The position numbers were made by a program, and so were the translations under genes. Of a stretch of 64,000 nucleotides of DNA, positions 9,144 to 22,872 are shown one piece after another. This DNA comes from Pristiophorus japonicus. Its lineage: Eukaryota. The notes beneath the pieces were generated by a model that was given only the letters and a program-made list of their open reading frames with translations, searched no databases and was not told where the DNA came from. Numbering within the stretch: position 1 is the first letter of the stretch; every line of letters starts with the position of its first letter. The DNA is taken from contig NC_091979.1 in assembly GCF_044704955.1 (NCBI RefSeq), positions 320,974,001 to 321,038,000 of the forward strand. The letters are read 5' to 3'.

Positions 9144-10600
9144 CTCCACAGGGCCGGGCCGGGCCGGGGGAGGGGGAGGGAGAGGGACACACACACACAC
9201 ACACTCCCAGCGGCAGCGGGCCTGGCCGACAACTTTGTGACAGGACACAGCGGGAGCGGCGTGTGTGGGGAGGGGAGAGCCGGCCCCCACCCACCCCCGG
9301 GCCCGGTCCCGGTCCCGGTCCGCGGGCAGGCGGGGGTTCTAGGTCCCGCTCTCAGTCCCGGGGACGGGGAGGGGGAGGGGGAGGGGAACCGGAGCGGATT
9401 GGATTCAAAGCGAGCGCCCTAGTTTGCGACCAATGAGCGCGGCCTGGGCTGTGTGTGTGTGTGTGCAATGCCCAGGCGCTGCGTAAACAAGCGCGCAACG
9501 CCGCCCGCCCGCCCTCCCTCGCAGCATTTCCGTGTTTTCACCACATTACACACACACAGAGAGAGAGGGAGGAGAGAGGAGAGAGAGAGTGAGTCAAGTG
9601 CTCAGTGCCACTCACCCACAGGGCACAACTTGGCCCTCCTCACCATTTATTGTTTGATTGTTGAGGGGCACATTCCGGGGGGGTTGGGGGGGCGTGATTC
9701 ACACAACAATGTGTGTGTTTAAAAACTCTAGCCCTCTTGTAATCACTATGGCCTCTTGAGAACATTCTTTTATACACACATATATATATATATAAGGTAA
9801 GAAACGCAGTCGCCAAAAAAAAAAATGAAGTGAGGAGGAGGGAGGGAGAGGCAAACCCCCCCGGTGTGCGATGTGCCTCAGTGCCCTGCCCTCCAGCATT
9901 GTAAAGTTTGGCCATCCTCTGTCAGCATCAAGTTGCCCAGGCACCCGCCGAGCGACCTTGCCTTTGCTGGCAGTGCAGCAGCCCCCCCCACCCCCCCCTT
10001 TTTAAGTTCAGGGTTGCCCGGCATGTTGTGAAATAAATGATGCGCCACAAAAACTGTGTTGGAAACTTCCACCGGGGCTTTTTTTTTCTCTCTCTCTCCT
10101 CCTCCTCCTCCTCCTCCATAGCTAGACAGAGATTGTGTCGAGAGGCGGCTTTTAATGCTAAGGCTTGAGGCATCCCAGTGACTCTGTCGCCACCCCCCCC
10201 GGGGTCGGACCCGACTGTCCGAAGTGCAAAGCCACTTTCACAGTTTTAATTTTCACAGTGCTCGGAGCGGACCTGTTTTTTTTTTTCTTTCCTTTTCCTC
10301 CCCCCGCCGCCTTCCCCTTCCCCTTCCTCCCTCCCTCTTCATGCAGGCTGACGCAAATGGTGACGCTGGTGGCTTCCTGATGAGAGACAGAGACACACAC
10401 ATACACATACACACACACACACTTGCTCGCTTGGACAGCAGCAGCAGCGGGCTTTCGCTTTCCACCACCCCCCCCCCATTGCCTCTCGCCAGCCAGCTGC
10501 ATCATGCGGCGCAGTTGGGCTGCTTTAAAATTTCCCAGCGAGGGATTGCCTCCAGCAATCGGTCCGTCTCCAGTGCGAGAGGCAAGTGTGGTGAGCTGAG
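8800..10600 (+). promoter_or_regulatory. PCGF5: CpG-island promoter and probable non-coding first exon(s) of PCGF5
   Basis: High GC and CpG density, GC boxes, CCAAT at ~9430, and CA/GA microsatellites. A candidate donor G|GTGAGC lies at ~10591. The region is ~2 kb upstream of the ATG exon. The TSS and exon limits cannot be determined from sequence alone. Confidence 0.65.
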
Positions 10601-12279
10601 TTTGTTGTTTGTGGGTAAACTGTACTCTAGCCATCCCAGGGATAGAATCCAGTGCGTAGTATGTCAGCTGGTTTATTTAGCTGTATCTGTACAGAGGGAC
10701 AGCACTGCCTGGACTGTAGAGTGCAATTGGAGCAGCAGCTTAAGTAAGTGCAGTGTGCTCCACACTAGATCCACGCACACACCTGCGCACACAATACTAC
10801 AGCACACACACACACACACACACACCACACAAGCCACTCAAACTGACAGGGCTCCACGTGTTCGGCTTTCAGTCTACCCATCACTTTACTGCTCGGCAAA
10901 GAAGGCTTAGAGCGCCTCTTTGCACACCCAGCCTACCCGATTGGTGGCCAGCAAATGCGATACGGCCTACTTTTACACAAGGCTGCGTTTTTACACCCCT
11001 TCGCTGTGCGACGATGCACAAGTAGCATTCATGCGAGGGATTTATGTGTGGTGTCTAGAAGTTGTGGGGCAGCAGCGGGTAAACGGCATTTTGTGGCGAC
11101 AGAGAATACAGTGGATTCCACCAGTCTCTACACAGGAATTGAAAGTTTCAAAACGCAGAGTCATGGCTGAAATTCTAAAAATCACCCCATCAGAATTGTA
11201 ACAAAAAATTCTGAATTTTGGAAGTCCAGAGAAATAATTTAAGCATTTACTCCCAAACTTACAGTATTTTTATGCTATATGTGTCACATTTACATGCTTT
11301 ATATTAGTAAGTAAAACGTATTTGTTTCTTAAAATAACCAAGTTGAATTTAAAGGAGCAATGTCATGTGGTAAATTATTGAACCAAAGGATGGTTAAATT
11401 TGCAATCATTTACTTTTGTGATGTACTAACTTTTTTTTCTTTGTACAAAATCCCTAAAACTGAAAGATGTAAACTGCATTGGAACAGTTCGTGATGCTGC
11501 CTTGCATACTTGCCCTGGTAACCAAAATGACTGATTTGGTGGCTTCACAGCATGATGTTCTGGCTTTACCATGAGTTAAGCCTGGCTGAAAGTTCCCTAA
11601 CTCATTACAAATCCTTTTACTTGGTATTTTGATTATTATTTTCATTATTTTATTTCACATTGTTTGGTAGATCATTTATGGAAGGTACTTTATTCCTACA
11701 AATATATTTTTTTAATTTTGAAAGTGAATGGTAATGTAAAATTATGATTCATCATTAAGACCAAAAATAAGCACAATTTACTATAATATAAACCTTTCAC
11801 TAAAGTGTTCACTACATAAAATTGGAGCATTCTTTTGTTTGGCCATTATTTCTGTTGGTGGCAATAGCTAAACATTAATACGCAGTATTTTTAAAATTAG
11901 CAATAATGAGCTAAAAGATGTGTCATATGACTTAGACTTGTCATGTGCCAAAGTAGAGACTGATATGGCAATACCCCATAATGCACATTTTGCAGTTAAT
12001 TATTGGTATTCGATCAGTAGTTTGGAAGTAATCATGAGATATATAATGTATAACATATTAATTTATATTTTAAAATGTCAGTTGTATCAGGAACAAGTAA
12101 AACGCCCAAAGAAATATTCTGAATGAGTAAATTAGTTTTACAGCACTGTGATAGCCAATCACTGCATTGTTTTTCAAGTATGATTTAACAGATAGTTAAC
12201 ATCTTTATCTTGTAATGCTGTAGGTTTGGGACACTTTGTACAACTCAGAAGAAGGGAAAAGCATAACCTTGATCCTTGA

Positions 12280-12576
<297 letters not shown>

Positions 12577-13299
12577 TAATGCTGCAAGAATCATGGTATA
12601 TGTTTACGAATAATAGTCCGGGAGTATTGGATCAGACCTGTTTACAATTCACCGTCAATTCTTGCATATAACAAAATATGAAAATACCATGTCGAAAGCT
12701 ATGCTTACTGGAATATTGTGACAGTAAACACTTAGAAAATACTTAAAAACAACACAGTTGGTGGCCGTATATGGAGACAGTTTCTTACAGCAACAGCCGA
12801 TTCTCAACGTATTTAAAACTGATGCTGCTTTCTGTTTATAGAATGGGATGAGTCTATTTCCATCATGGATGCCTAGTTAATGAGCTTTTACTATATTGTG
12901 CTAATTCATCTTGTTACCAGAAAAACCAAGCACTCAATTGGTAGTTTTTGGGTAGCAATATTTAAGGAACACTGCTTACCACCTCTCATCAAGCGTATTC
13001 TAAGAACTCCTTTGCTCGCTTCCACTTAGCCATGTATTCCAAGATCTTCATCTGGGTGTGCACATTGGCTATCACTGGATTTGAGCTCTCTCATCACTAT
13101 TTCTCCACATCTCCCAGCCCTGCTATGCCCTCTCTCCCCCAGCATCTGCCTTCCATGCCCTTTTACACTTTCTCTCCATATTTTCAGCAACATTCCCTCT
13201 CACCCCATTCAACATTACATCCCAACTGGCATTATCTCCTGCTGAAGTCCCAGGCTTGAGTTTCCCCCTGGATGACTCGCTACTTATCCCTTGGTATTC

Positions 13300-16200
13300 T
13301 TTGTAACATCCATTACACCTGCTGCTGACTCTTTCAGAACCGATATCTCAGCTGCCTCATCCTCTATTCTTGGTGACCATGCTGCTTATTTTGCATCTTG
13401 GAGATTAACCTCTTTAACATTCTCGTCATCCCTATTGCCTCTTCACAGCACCTCGCCTCTCTGACCCTGTACATGGAGCATTATCCACTGCTCTGCTCCA
13501 TCGCTCTCCAGAGCACTCATTTCCCTGTTTTAAAAAAAAAGGCCCTTGTCATCCACTAACTTGTTGAGGATAAATCTATTGATATCTTGGCCTGACGGAA
13601 ACCTAGCTCATGGACGGTGACTCATTTCACCCCTTACTGAAGCTATTCCGTCCTGTTACACCTTCCATCCATGTCTTGCCCAAACTGCTGTGTTTGGCTC
13701 TCATTGCCAAGTCCCACCTTGCCCTCTCCCACTATTCCTCTGGCATCTTTTCCTCATTTCAGCACCTTACCCTTTTCCATCCCTGCTACCTCTCAGCCAA
13801 AATCCTCATCGTCTACAGCCCTTTCAAGTTAAATGATCTCCCTGAACCTCTGTACTGAGTGACAACTCATTCTCGGTGATTTTAACCCACACCTAAATTC
13901 CTCTTGTCCCCTCTATTCTGATTTTTCTGCACTTCTTCTCTCGCTGAACCTTACCCACATCTCTGGCCATTCATTTGACCTTGCCAGCTCTGTGGTCTTG
14001 ATCACTGAAACTGTCTCTAAGCACCTCCTTGCCTCTCTTACCATCCGTCACCTCACTTACTTCAAATCCTACTAGTCTGACCCTCTGCCTGTGAAGAAAA
14101 CTCTCCTCCAGCTCCCTCACCAACAAGCTCTCAAACTCCCCTCCTTCCTCCATGCCCCGACATCTGGTCATCTTTTGAGTCGTCACGCACCCTCTCCCTG
14201 ACACTTGTCATTCAACAATTTCTCTGCCATCTCCAAGCTTACCTCTTTCACGAGACCCATCCGCTGCTTCTTCTATCACTTTCCTTGATGTTATAGTTAT
14301 CTTTCTTGGCCTTCATGCTTGTCGACATTGTTAACAGCTTCCTCTACTCCGACATTGTGCCTCTCCCTTTCAAAACTATGGTCCTGACCTACCTCTTCAA
14401 AAAGCCTTTGCCACTTTCTACATTTTCCTTCAAAATGTATGCTCACTTGTAAATAAGGGTCTTGCCATCCATGACCTTATTGTGGACGATCAAATTGACA
14501 TTATAGCATTGCCAGAGTCATGGTTGAGGGGCAATGATATCTTTTCCCTTAATGAAATTTGCCCACCTGGCTATACATTCTATCATATTCCACGCACAAA
14601 CCGCTGCAGTGGTGGGTCTAGCCCTTGTATCTAAATCACACCTTGATCTGTCTCCTTATTTCCCCGGCAACTTCTCCTTCTAGCATCTCACCTTATTCCA
14701 CCCATCACATCTCTTTAAAATCCTTATTCTGTACTGCCCACCCAAATACCACACCAATTTTCTCATTGAGAGATCTTCTCTTTCCTCCCTCTGCACCGAG
14801 TGACTTATCATCCTCGGTGGCGTCAACCTTAACCGCCACTCTTGTTGTTCCCTCTCCTCTGAATTCACTGCTCTCCTTTCCTCCCTTAATCTCCCCCTTC
14901 ATGTCAAATCCCCCGCCCATATACACGGTCACCCTCTCAATCTTATCGTCTCACGTGGCCTCGCTGACTTCTCTGTAACCATTATCGATAAGGCAATCTC
15001 CGACCATTTCCTTATCACTCTCTACCCATATTCCTCTTCCCCCTCTGAAACCCACTTCTGTTCATATCCGTCCCTGGAAAAAAAAAACTCCCTCAAGTCC
15101 CTCACTTTCTAATTCGCAACTACCTAGCCTTTGGCCGATAATTCTTCATGTCATCTCTGCAGCTACTAACTTACTAAATCACACCCTCTCCTCCACTTTT
15201 GATGCTTCTGTCCTCACTAAAATCATTACACTCTCTCACCTTAGTTGTCCCCTCAGTAAACCCCTCATCTCCATTCCCTTAACTCCAAGGGACACAGACT
15301 TGAAAGTCTTTGGTGGACAACTGGTCTAATCATCCATCACCAGATTTGACTCCATCATATAAAGCGCTATGAGGTACAGCTCTCCGTCACTAAAACCATC
15401 CACTATTCTAAGACCATTCAGGACGTCAAAAATAACACCAGGCTTCTCTTCTCCACTGACAGCCTTCTGAAAACAACGTTCTCTACCTCCTCCTGCCTCA
15501 CCTTCACAACAATAAATGTGAAGAGCTCGTGGACTTTTTTGTTAAAAACATCCATTCAACTGCTTCTGCTTTCAATTCCCTCCCTTCCCCTAGCCCACCA
15601 GATGTTCCTCTCTGTTTTCCCCCTGCCCTGACCCTAAATTTGCATATTTAATTTCTCTCCTGTCTCTCCTCTTGCCCTTTCAAAGCTTATCTTGTCAATG
15701 AGACTGACCTGCTGCTCTCTCGACCCTATTCCTACTAAATTACTAACCACCCAGCTTTCCTTCCTAGCTCCCATTTTAACGGATATTGTTAAGGGTTTTC
15801 TCTCCGGTATTGTCCCCTTTTCCTTCAAATCTGCCGTTATCACCCCTCTCCTCAAAAATCCAACCCATGGTCCCTGCGTCCTTGTAAACCACTGCCGCAT
15901 CTTCAACTTCGCTTTCCTCTTCAAAGTTCTTGAATGTGTTGTTGCCTCCCAAATCCGTGACAATCTTTCCCAGAACTTCTTGTTTGAATCCGTCTAATCA
16001 GGCCTGTGCCACAGTACCGAAACTGCTCTTACCAAGGTCACAAGTGACATCCTAATTATCTGTGACGAAGGTAATCTATCCCTTCCCATTCTTCTGGACT
16101 TGTCTACAGCCTTTGAGATGGTTGACCACAAAATTCTGCTCCAACACCGCTGCACTGTTGTCCAGCTGGATGGGACTGTACTCGCCTGGATTTATTCCTA

Positions 16201-17300
16201 TTTTTCCAGATGTAACAATAGAATCACTTGCAATGGTTTCTCTTCTGATCCTGCACTGTCACCTCTGGTGTCCCCCCCAAGAATCTATCCTTGGCCCCCT
16301 CCTATTTCTAATCTACCTGCTGCCCCTCGGTGACATCATCCAGCAACGCAATGTGAGATTACACATGTGCGCTGATAATACCCAGCTCGACCTCTCCTCC
16401 ATCTCTCTCGAACCCTCCACCATCTTTATAGTATCAGACTGCTTGTCCGAAAGCCAGCACTGGGTCAGCAGAAGTTTCCTCCAATTAAATATCAGGAAGA
16501 CTGAAGCCATTGTCTTCGGTTCATGCCACAAATTCCGTTCCCTTTCCACTGATTCGATCTCTCTCCCCAGCAACTGTCTAAGGCTGATCAAGTCTCTTCG
16601 CAATCTTGGTGCCCTATTTGATCACAAATTGAGCTTCCTCCTTCATATCTGTTTTATCACTTTCCACCTTCGTAATATCCCCCGGCTCCACCCTTACCTC
16701 AACTTATCTGCTGCTATGCCTTTATCACCTCTAAACATGACTATTTCAATGCACGCTTGGCCGGCCTCCCTAGTTCTACTCTCCATAAACTTGAGGTCAT
16801 CCAAAACTCTGTCACCCGTGTGCTATCTTGCACCAAATCCCGCTCACTCATCTCCCCTGTGCTCGCTGACCTACATTGGCACCCACTTAAGCAACACCTC
16901 GATTTTAAAATTCTAATCCATGTTTTCAAATCCCTCCATGGCCTCACCCCTCCTTATCTCTGTAATCTCCTCCAGCCCGATAATCCCCTAGACCTTTGTA
17001 CTCTGCCTATTCTAGCCTTTTGAACCACCCGATTTTAAATGCTCCACCATTGGCGGCCGTGCCTTCAGCTGCCTAGGTTCGAAGCTCTGGAATTCTCTCC
17101 CTAAATCTCTCTGCTTCTCCAATTCTTTTTCCTCCTTTAAGACGCTCATAACCTACCTCTTCGACTAAGCTTTTGGTCGTCTGCCCTAACATTTTCTTAT
17201 ATGGCTTGGTGTCAAATGTTTTATTGTTGATAACACTCCCATGAAGCATTTTGGGACGTTTTATTACGTTAAAGGCGCTATATAAATGTAAGTTGTTGTT
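13300..17300 (+). mobile_element. Degenerate L2-clade LINE(s) (endonuclease, RT and 3' tail)
   Basis: Fragments [43 protein letters not shown] and [15 protein letters not shown]. Tail AAAGGCGCTATATAAATGTAAGTTGTTGTTG. An older fragment lies at ~13300-14420. Confidence 0.85.
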
Positions 17301-17339
17301 GCTACCCCTCTTAACTTAAACTTTTCCTCTCCACGGTCC

Positions 17340-17485
17340 TTGAATGCATTGTCCCCTTCTACCTCCATGTCTATTTCTCTGCACCGTATCAAAATCCTAC
17401 CATTCAGTTTCTGTCCTGGTAAAAGCACGGAGACTGCCCTGGTCAAAGTCATCATTGGTATCCTTTGTGACTGCAACTGCAGTAT
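17340..17485 (+). mobile_element. Older L2 fragment, split by the CR1 insertion and continuing at 22873-23935
   Basis: STETALVKV..IL.DC before the insertion continues as SLPVLLDLSA after it. An L2 tail follows at ~23915-23935. Confidence 0.7.
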
Positions 17486-20400
17486 AGAAACATAGAAAAT
17501 AAGTGCAGGAGTAGGCCATTCGGCCCTTCGAGCCTGCGCCGCCATTCAATAAGATCATGGTTGATCATTCCCTCAGTACCCCTTTCCTGCTTTCTCTCCA
17601 TACCCCTTGATCCCCTGAGCCGTAAGGGCCATATCTAACTCCCTCTTGAATATATCCAATGAACTGGCATCAACAACTCTCTGCGGCAAGTTTCTCCTCA
17701 TCTCAGTCCTAAATGGCCTACCTCTTATCCCAAGACTATGTCCCCTGGTTCTGGACTTCCCAAACATCAAGAACATTCTTCCTGCATCTAACCTGTCCAG
17801 TCCCGTCAGAATCTTATATGTTTCTATGAGATCCCCTCTCATCCTTCTAAACACCAGTGAATAAAGGCCCAGTTGATCCAGTCTCTCCTCATATGACAGC
17901 CCAGCCATCCCTGGAATCAGTCTGGTGAACCTTCGCTGCACTCCCTCAATAGCAAGAACGTCCTTCCTCAGATTAGGAGACCAAAACTGAACACAATATT
18001 CCAGGTGAGGCCTCACTAAGGCCCTGTACAACTGCAGTAAGACCTCCCTGCTCCTATATTCAAATTCCCTAGCTATGAAGGCCAACATACCATTTGCCTG
18101 CTGTACTTGCATGCCCACTTTCAGTGACTGATGAACCATGACACCCAGATCTCGTTGCACCTCCCCTTTTTCTAGTCTGCCGCCATTCAGATAATATTCT
18201 GCCTTCGTGTTTTTGTCCCCAAAATGGATAACCTCACGTTTATCCACATTATACTGCATCTGCCATGTATTTGCCCACTCACCTAATCTGTCCAAGTCAT
18301 CCTGCAGCCTCTTAGCGTCCTCCTCACAGTTCACACCGCCACCCAGTTTAGTGTCATCCGCAAACTTGGAGATATTACACTCTATTCCTTCATCCAAATC
18401 GTTAATGTATATTGTAAAGAGCTGGGGTCCCAGCACTGAGCCCTGCGGCACCCCACTAGTCACTGCCTGCCATTCTGAAAAGGACCCTTTTATCCCAACT
18501 CTCTGCTTCCTGTCTGCCAACCAATACTCTATCCACATCAGTACATTACCCCCAATACCATGCGCTTTGATTTTGTACACCAATCTCTTGTGCAGGACCT
18601 TGTCAAAAGCCTTTTGAAAGTCCAAATACACCACATCCACTGGTTCTCCCTTGTCCACTCTACTAGTTACATCCTCAAAAAATTCCAGAAGATTCGTCAA
18701 GCATGATTTCCCTTTCATAAATCCATGCTGACTTGGTCCGATCCTGTCACTGCTTTCCAAATGGGCTGCTATTTCATCCTTAATGATTGATTCCAACATT
18801 TTCCCCACTACTGATGTCAGGCTAACCGGTCTATAATTACCCACTTTCTCTCTCCTTCCTTTTTTCAAAAGTGGCGTTACATTAGCTACCCTCCAGTCCA
18901 TAGGAACTGATCCAGAGTCGATAGATTGTTGGAAAATGATCACCAATGCATCCACTATTTCTAGGGCCACTTCCTTAAGTACTCTGGGATGCAGACTATC
19001 CGGACCCGGGGATTTATCGGCCTTTAATCCCATCAATTTCCCTAACACAATTTCCTGCCTAATAAGGATATCTTTCAGTTCCTCATTCTCACTCGACCCA
19101 CTGTCCCCTTGTACATTCGGAAGGTTATTTGTATCTTCCTTTGTGAAGACAGAACCAAAGTATTGGTTAATTGGTCTGCCATTTCTTTGTTCCCCATTAT
19201 AAATTCATCTGAATCCGATTGCAAGGGACCTACGTATGTCTTTACTAATCTTTTTCTCTTCACATATCTATAGAAGCTTTTGCAGTCAGTTTTTATGTTC
19301 CCTGCAAGCTTCCTCTCGTACTCTATTTTCCCCTTCTTAATTAAACCCTTAGTCATAGAAACATAGACATAGAAACATAGAAACATAGAAAATAGGTGTA
19401 GGCCATTCGGCCCTTCTAGCCTGCACCGCCATTCAATGAGTTCATGGCTGAACATGCAACTTCAGTACCCCATTCCTGCTTTCTCATCATACCCCTTGAT
19501 TCCCCTAGTAGTAAGGACTTCATCTAACTCCTTTTTGAATATATTTGGTGAATTGGCCTCAACAACTTTCTGTGGTAGAGAATTCCACAGGTTCACCACT
19601 CTCTGGGTGAAGAAATTCCTCCTCATCTCGGTCCTAAATGGCTTCCCCCTTATCCTTAGACTGTGTCCCCTGGTTCTGGACTTCCCCAACATTGGGAACA
19701 TTCTTCCTGCATCTAACCTGTCTAACCCCGTCAGAATTTTAAACGTTTCTATGAGGTCCCCTCTCATTCTTCTGAACTCCAGTGAATACAAGCCCAGTTG
19801 ATCCAGTCTTTCTTGATAGGTCAGTCCCGCCATCCCGGGAATCAGTCTGGTGAACCTTCGCTGCACTCCCTCAATAGCAAGAATGTCCTTCCTCAGGTTA
19901 GGAGACCAAAACTGTACTCCTCTGTTGAATTCTAAATTTCTCCCAGTCCTCAGGTTTGTTGCTTTTTCTAGCCAATTTATATGCCTCTTCCTTGGTTTTA
20001 ACACTATCCTTAATTTCCCTTGTTAGCCATAGTTGAGCCACCCTCCCAGTTTTATTTTTACTCCAGACAGGGATGTACAATTGCTGAAGTTCATCCATGT
20101 GATCTTTAAATGTTTGCCATTGCTTATCCACCGTCAACCCTTTCAGTATCCTCTGCCAGTCTATTCTAGCCAATTCACACCTCATATCGTCGAAGTTACC
20201 TTTCCTTAAGTTCAGGACCCTAGGTTCCGAATTAACTTTGTCACTCTCCATCTTAATAAGGAATTCTACCATATTATGGTCACTTTTCCCCAAAGGGCCT
20301 CGCACAACAAGGTTGCTAATTAGTCCCTTCTCATTACACATCACCCAGTCTAGGATGGCCAGCTCCCTGGTTGGTTCCTCGACATATTGGTCTAGAAAAC

Positions 20401-22050
20401 CATCCCTAATACACTCCAGGAAATCCTCCTCCACCGCATTGCTACCAGTTCGGTTAGTCCAATCAATGTGTAGACTAAAGTCGACTATGATTACTGCTGT
20501 ACCTTTATTGCACACATCCCTTATTTCTTGTTTGATGCTGTCCCCAACCTCACTACTACTATTTGGTGGTCTATACACAACTCACACTAGCGTTTTCTGC
20601 CCTTTGGAATTCCGCAGCTCCACCCATACCGATTCCACATCATCCTTCCTTACAATTGCATTGATTTCCTCTTTAACCAGCAACGCCACCCCGCCTCCTT
20701 TTTCTTTCTGTCTATCCTTCTTAAATGCTGAATACCCTTGGATGTTGAGTTCCCAGCCTTGGTCACCCTGGAGCCATGTCTCCGTGATGCCAATCACATC
20801 GTATCCGTTAACTGCTATTTGCGCAGTTAATTCATCCACCTTATTCCGAATACTCCTCACATTGAGACACAGAGCCTTCAGGCTTGTCTTTTTAACACAC
20901 TTTGCCCCTTTTGAATCTTGCTGTAATGTGGCTTTTTTGTTTTTTGCCTTGGGTTTCTCTGCCCTCCACTTTTACTATTCTCCTTTCTATCTTTTGCTTC
21001 TGCCCCCCCTTCTATTTCCCCCTGTCTCCCTGCATAGGTTCCCATCCCCCTGCCATATTAATTTAACTCCTCCCCAACAACACGAGCAAACACTCCCCCT
21101 AGGACATTGGTTCCGATACTGCCCAGGTGCAGACCATCCGGTTTGTACTGGTCCCACCTCCCCCAGAACCGGTTCCAATGTCCCAGGAATTTGAAACCCT
21201 CCCTTCTGCAACATTTCCCAAGCCACGTATTCATCTGCGCTATCCTGTGATTCCTACTCTGACTAGCACGTAGCACTGGTAGCAATCCTGAGATTACTAC
21301 TTTTGAGGTCCTACTTTTTAATTTAACTCCTAGCTCCCTAAATTCGTCTCGTAAGACTTCATCATGTTTTTTACCTATATCGTTGGTACCTATATGCATC
21401 ACGACAACTGGCTGTTCACCCTCCCTTTTCAGAATGTCCTGCACCCGCTCCGAGACATCCTTGACCCTTGCACCAGGGAGGCAACATACCATCCTGGAGT
21501 CTCGGTTGAGGCCGCAGAAACGCCTATCTATTCCCCTTACAATTGAATCCCCTATCACTATTGCTCTCCCACTTTTATTCCTGCCCTCCTGTGCAGCAGA
21601 GCCAGCCACGGTGCCATGAACTTGGCTGCTGCTGCTCTCCCCTGATGAGTTATCCCCTCAACAGTACCCAAAGCGGTGTATCTGTTTTGCAGAGGGATGA
21701 CCGCAGGGGATCCCTGCACTGCTCTTCCTGTTGGTCTTCCATTCCCCATCTGGCTGTGGACCCTTTACCTGTGGCAAGACCAACTCACTAAACGTGCTAT
21801 TCACATCATTCTCAGCATCATGGATGCTCCAGAGTGAATTCACCCGCAGCTCCAGCTCCGCAATGCGGTCCGTCAGGAGCTGGAGGCAGACACACTTCCC
21901 GCACATGTAGTTGTCAGGGACACCGGAAGTGTCCCTGAGTTCCCACATGGTACAGGAGGAGCATAACACATGTCCGAGCTTTCCTGCCAATACTTAACCC
22001 TTAGATACACTTAAATTTGCAACAACAATGCTAAAAGTTAATTACTGATA
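17486..22050 (-). mobile_element. Near full-length CR1 LINE: ORF1 (zinc finger plus SGNH esterase) and ORF2 (APE endonuclease plus RT), frameshifted
   Basis: ORF1 pieces: CSSCTMW..CGKCVCL (21658-21990) and GDSIVR/HIGTND/DGLHL (21058-21609). ORF2 pieces: GITETWL/GGGVAL, YRPPN/SDHN, and a 491-aa RT (17573-19048). (CATAGAAA)n tail. Confidence 0.93.
19355..19917 (-). mobile_element. CR1 3' fragment nested in ORF2 of the larger CR1
   Basis: It has its own CATAGAAA tail at 19355. The host reading frame (FRIQQR|TKGLIKKGKIEYE) rejoins across it. Confidence 0.85.
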
Positions 22051-22055
22051 TATAT

Positions 22056-22872
22056 AAGGACGGGAGAGTGGAGAGCACCAGTTCCAACTGTCACAGGACA
22101 GAGAGTGGAGAGCACCAGTTCCAACTGTCGCAGGACGGGAGAGTGGGAGCACCAGTTCCAACTGTCTCAGGACGGGAGAGTGGAGAGCACTAGTTCCCAC
22201 TGTCACAGGACAGAGAGTGGAGAGCACCAGTTCCAACTGTCACAGGAGAGAGAGTGGAGAGCACCAGTTTCCACTGTCTCAGGAGAGAGAGTGGAGAGCA
22301 CCAGTTCCCACTGTCACAGGAGAGAGAGTGGAGAGCACCAGTTCCCACTGTCACAGGACAGAGAGTGGAGAGCACCAGTTCCCACTGTCACAGGACAGGA
22401 GAGTGGAGAGCACCAGTTGCAACTGTCACAGGAGAGGAGAGAGAGTGGAGAGCACCAGTTCCCACTGTCACAGGACAGAGAGTGGAGAGCACCAGTTCCC
22501 ACTGTCACAGGACGGGAGAGTGGAGAGCACCAGTTCCAACTGTCACAGGACAGGAGAAAGAGTGGAGAGCACCAGTTCCAAATGTCACAGGAGAGAGAGT
22601 GGAGAGCACCAGTTCCAACTGTTGCAGGAGAGAGAATGGAGAGCACCAGTTCCAACTGTTGCAGGAGAGAGAGTGGAGAGCACCAGTTCCCACTGTCACA
22701 GGACAGAGAGTGGAGAGCACCAGTTCCCACTGTCACAGGACGGGAGAGTGGAGAGCACCAGTTCCCACTGTCACAGGACGGGAGAGTGGAGAGCACCAGT
22801 TCCCACTGTCACAGGACGGGAGAGTGGAGAGCACCAGTTCCAACTGTCACAGGAGAGAGAGTGGAGAGCACA
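22056..22872. repeat. ~36-42 bp minisatellite (about 21 units)
   Basis: Unit GAGAGTGGAGAGCACCAGTTCC(C/A)ACTGTCACAGGA(C) with no unique spacers. It accounts for the repetitive ORFs. Confidence 0.95.

Noticed and set aside
8775-11200. Numerous overlapping ORFs in the CpG island
   Set aside because: They are low-complexity, GC- and microsatellite-driven, with no recognisable domain.
20238-21194. 318-aa plus-strand ORF
   Set aside because: It is the antisense shadow of the CR1 ORF1/ORF2 region.
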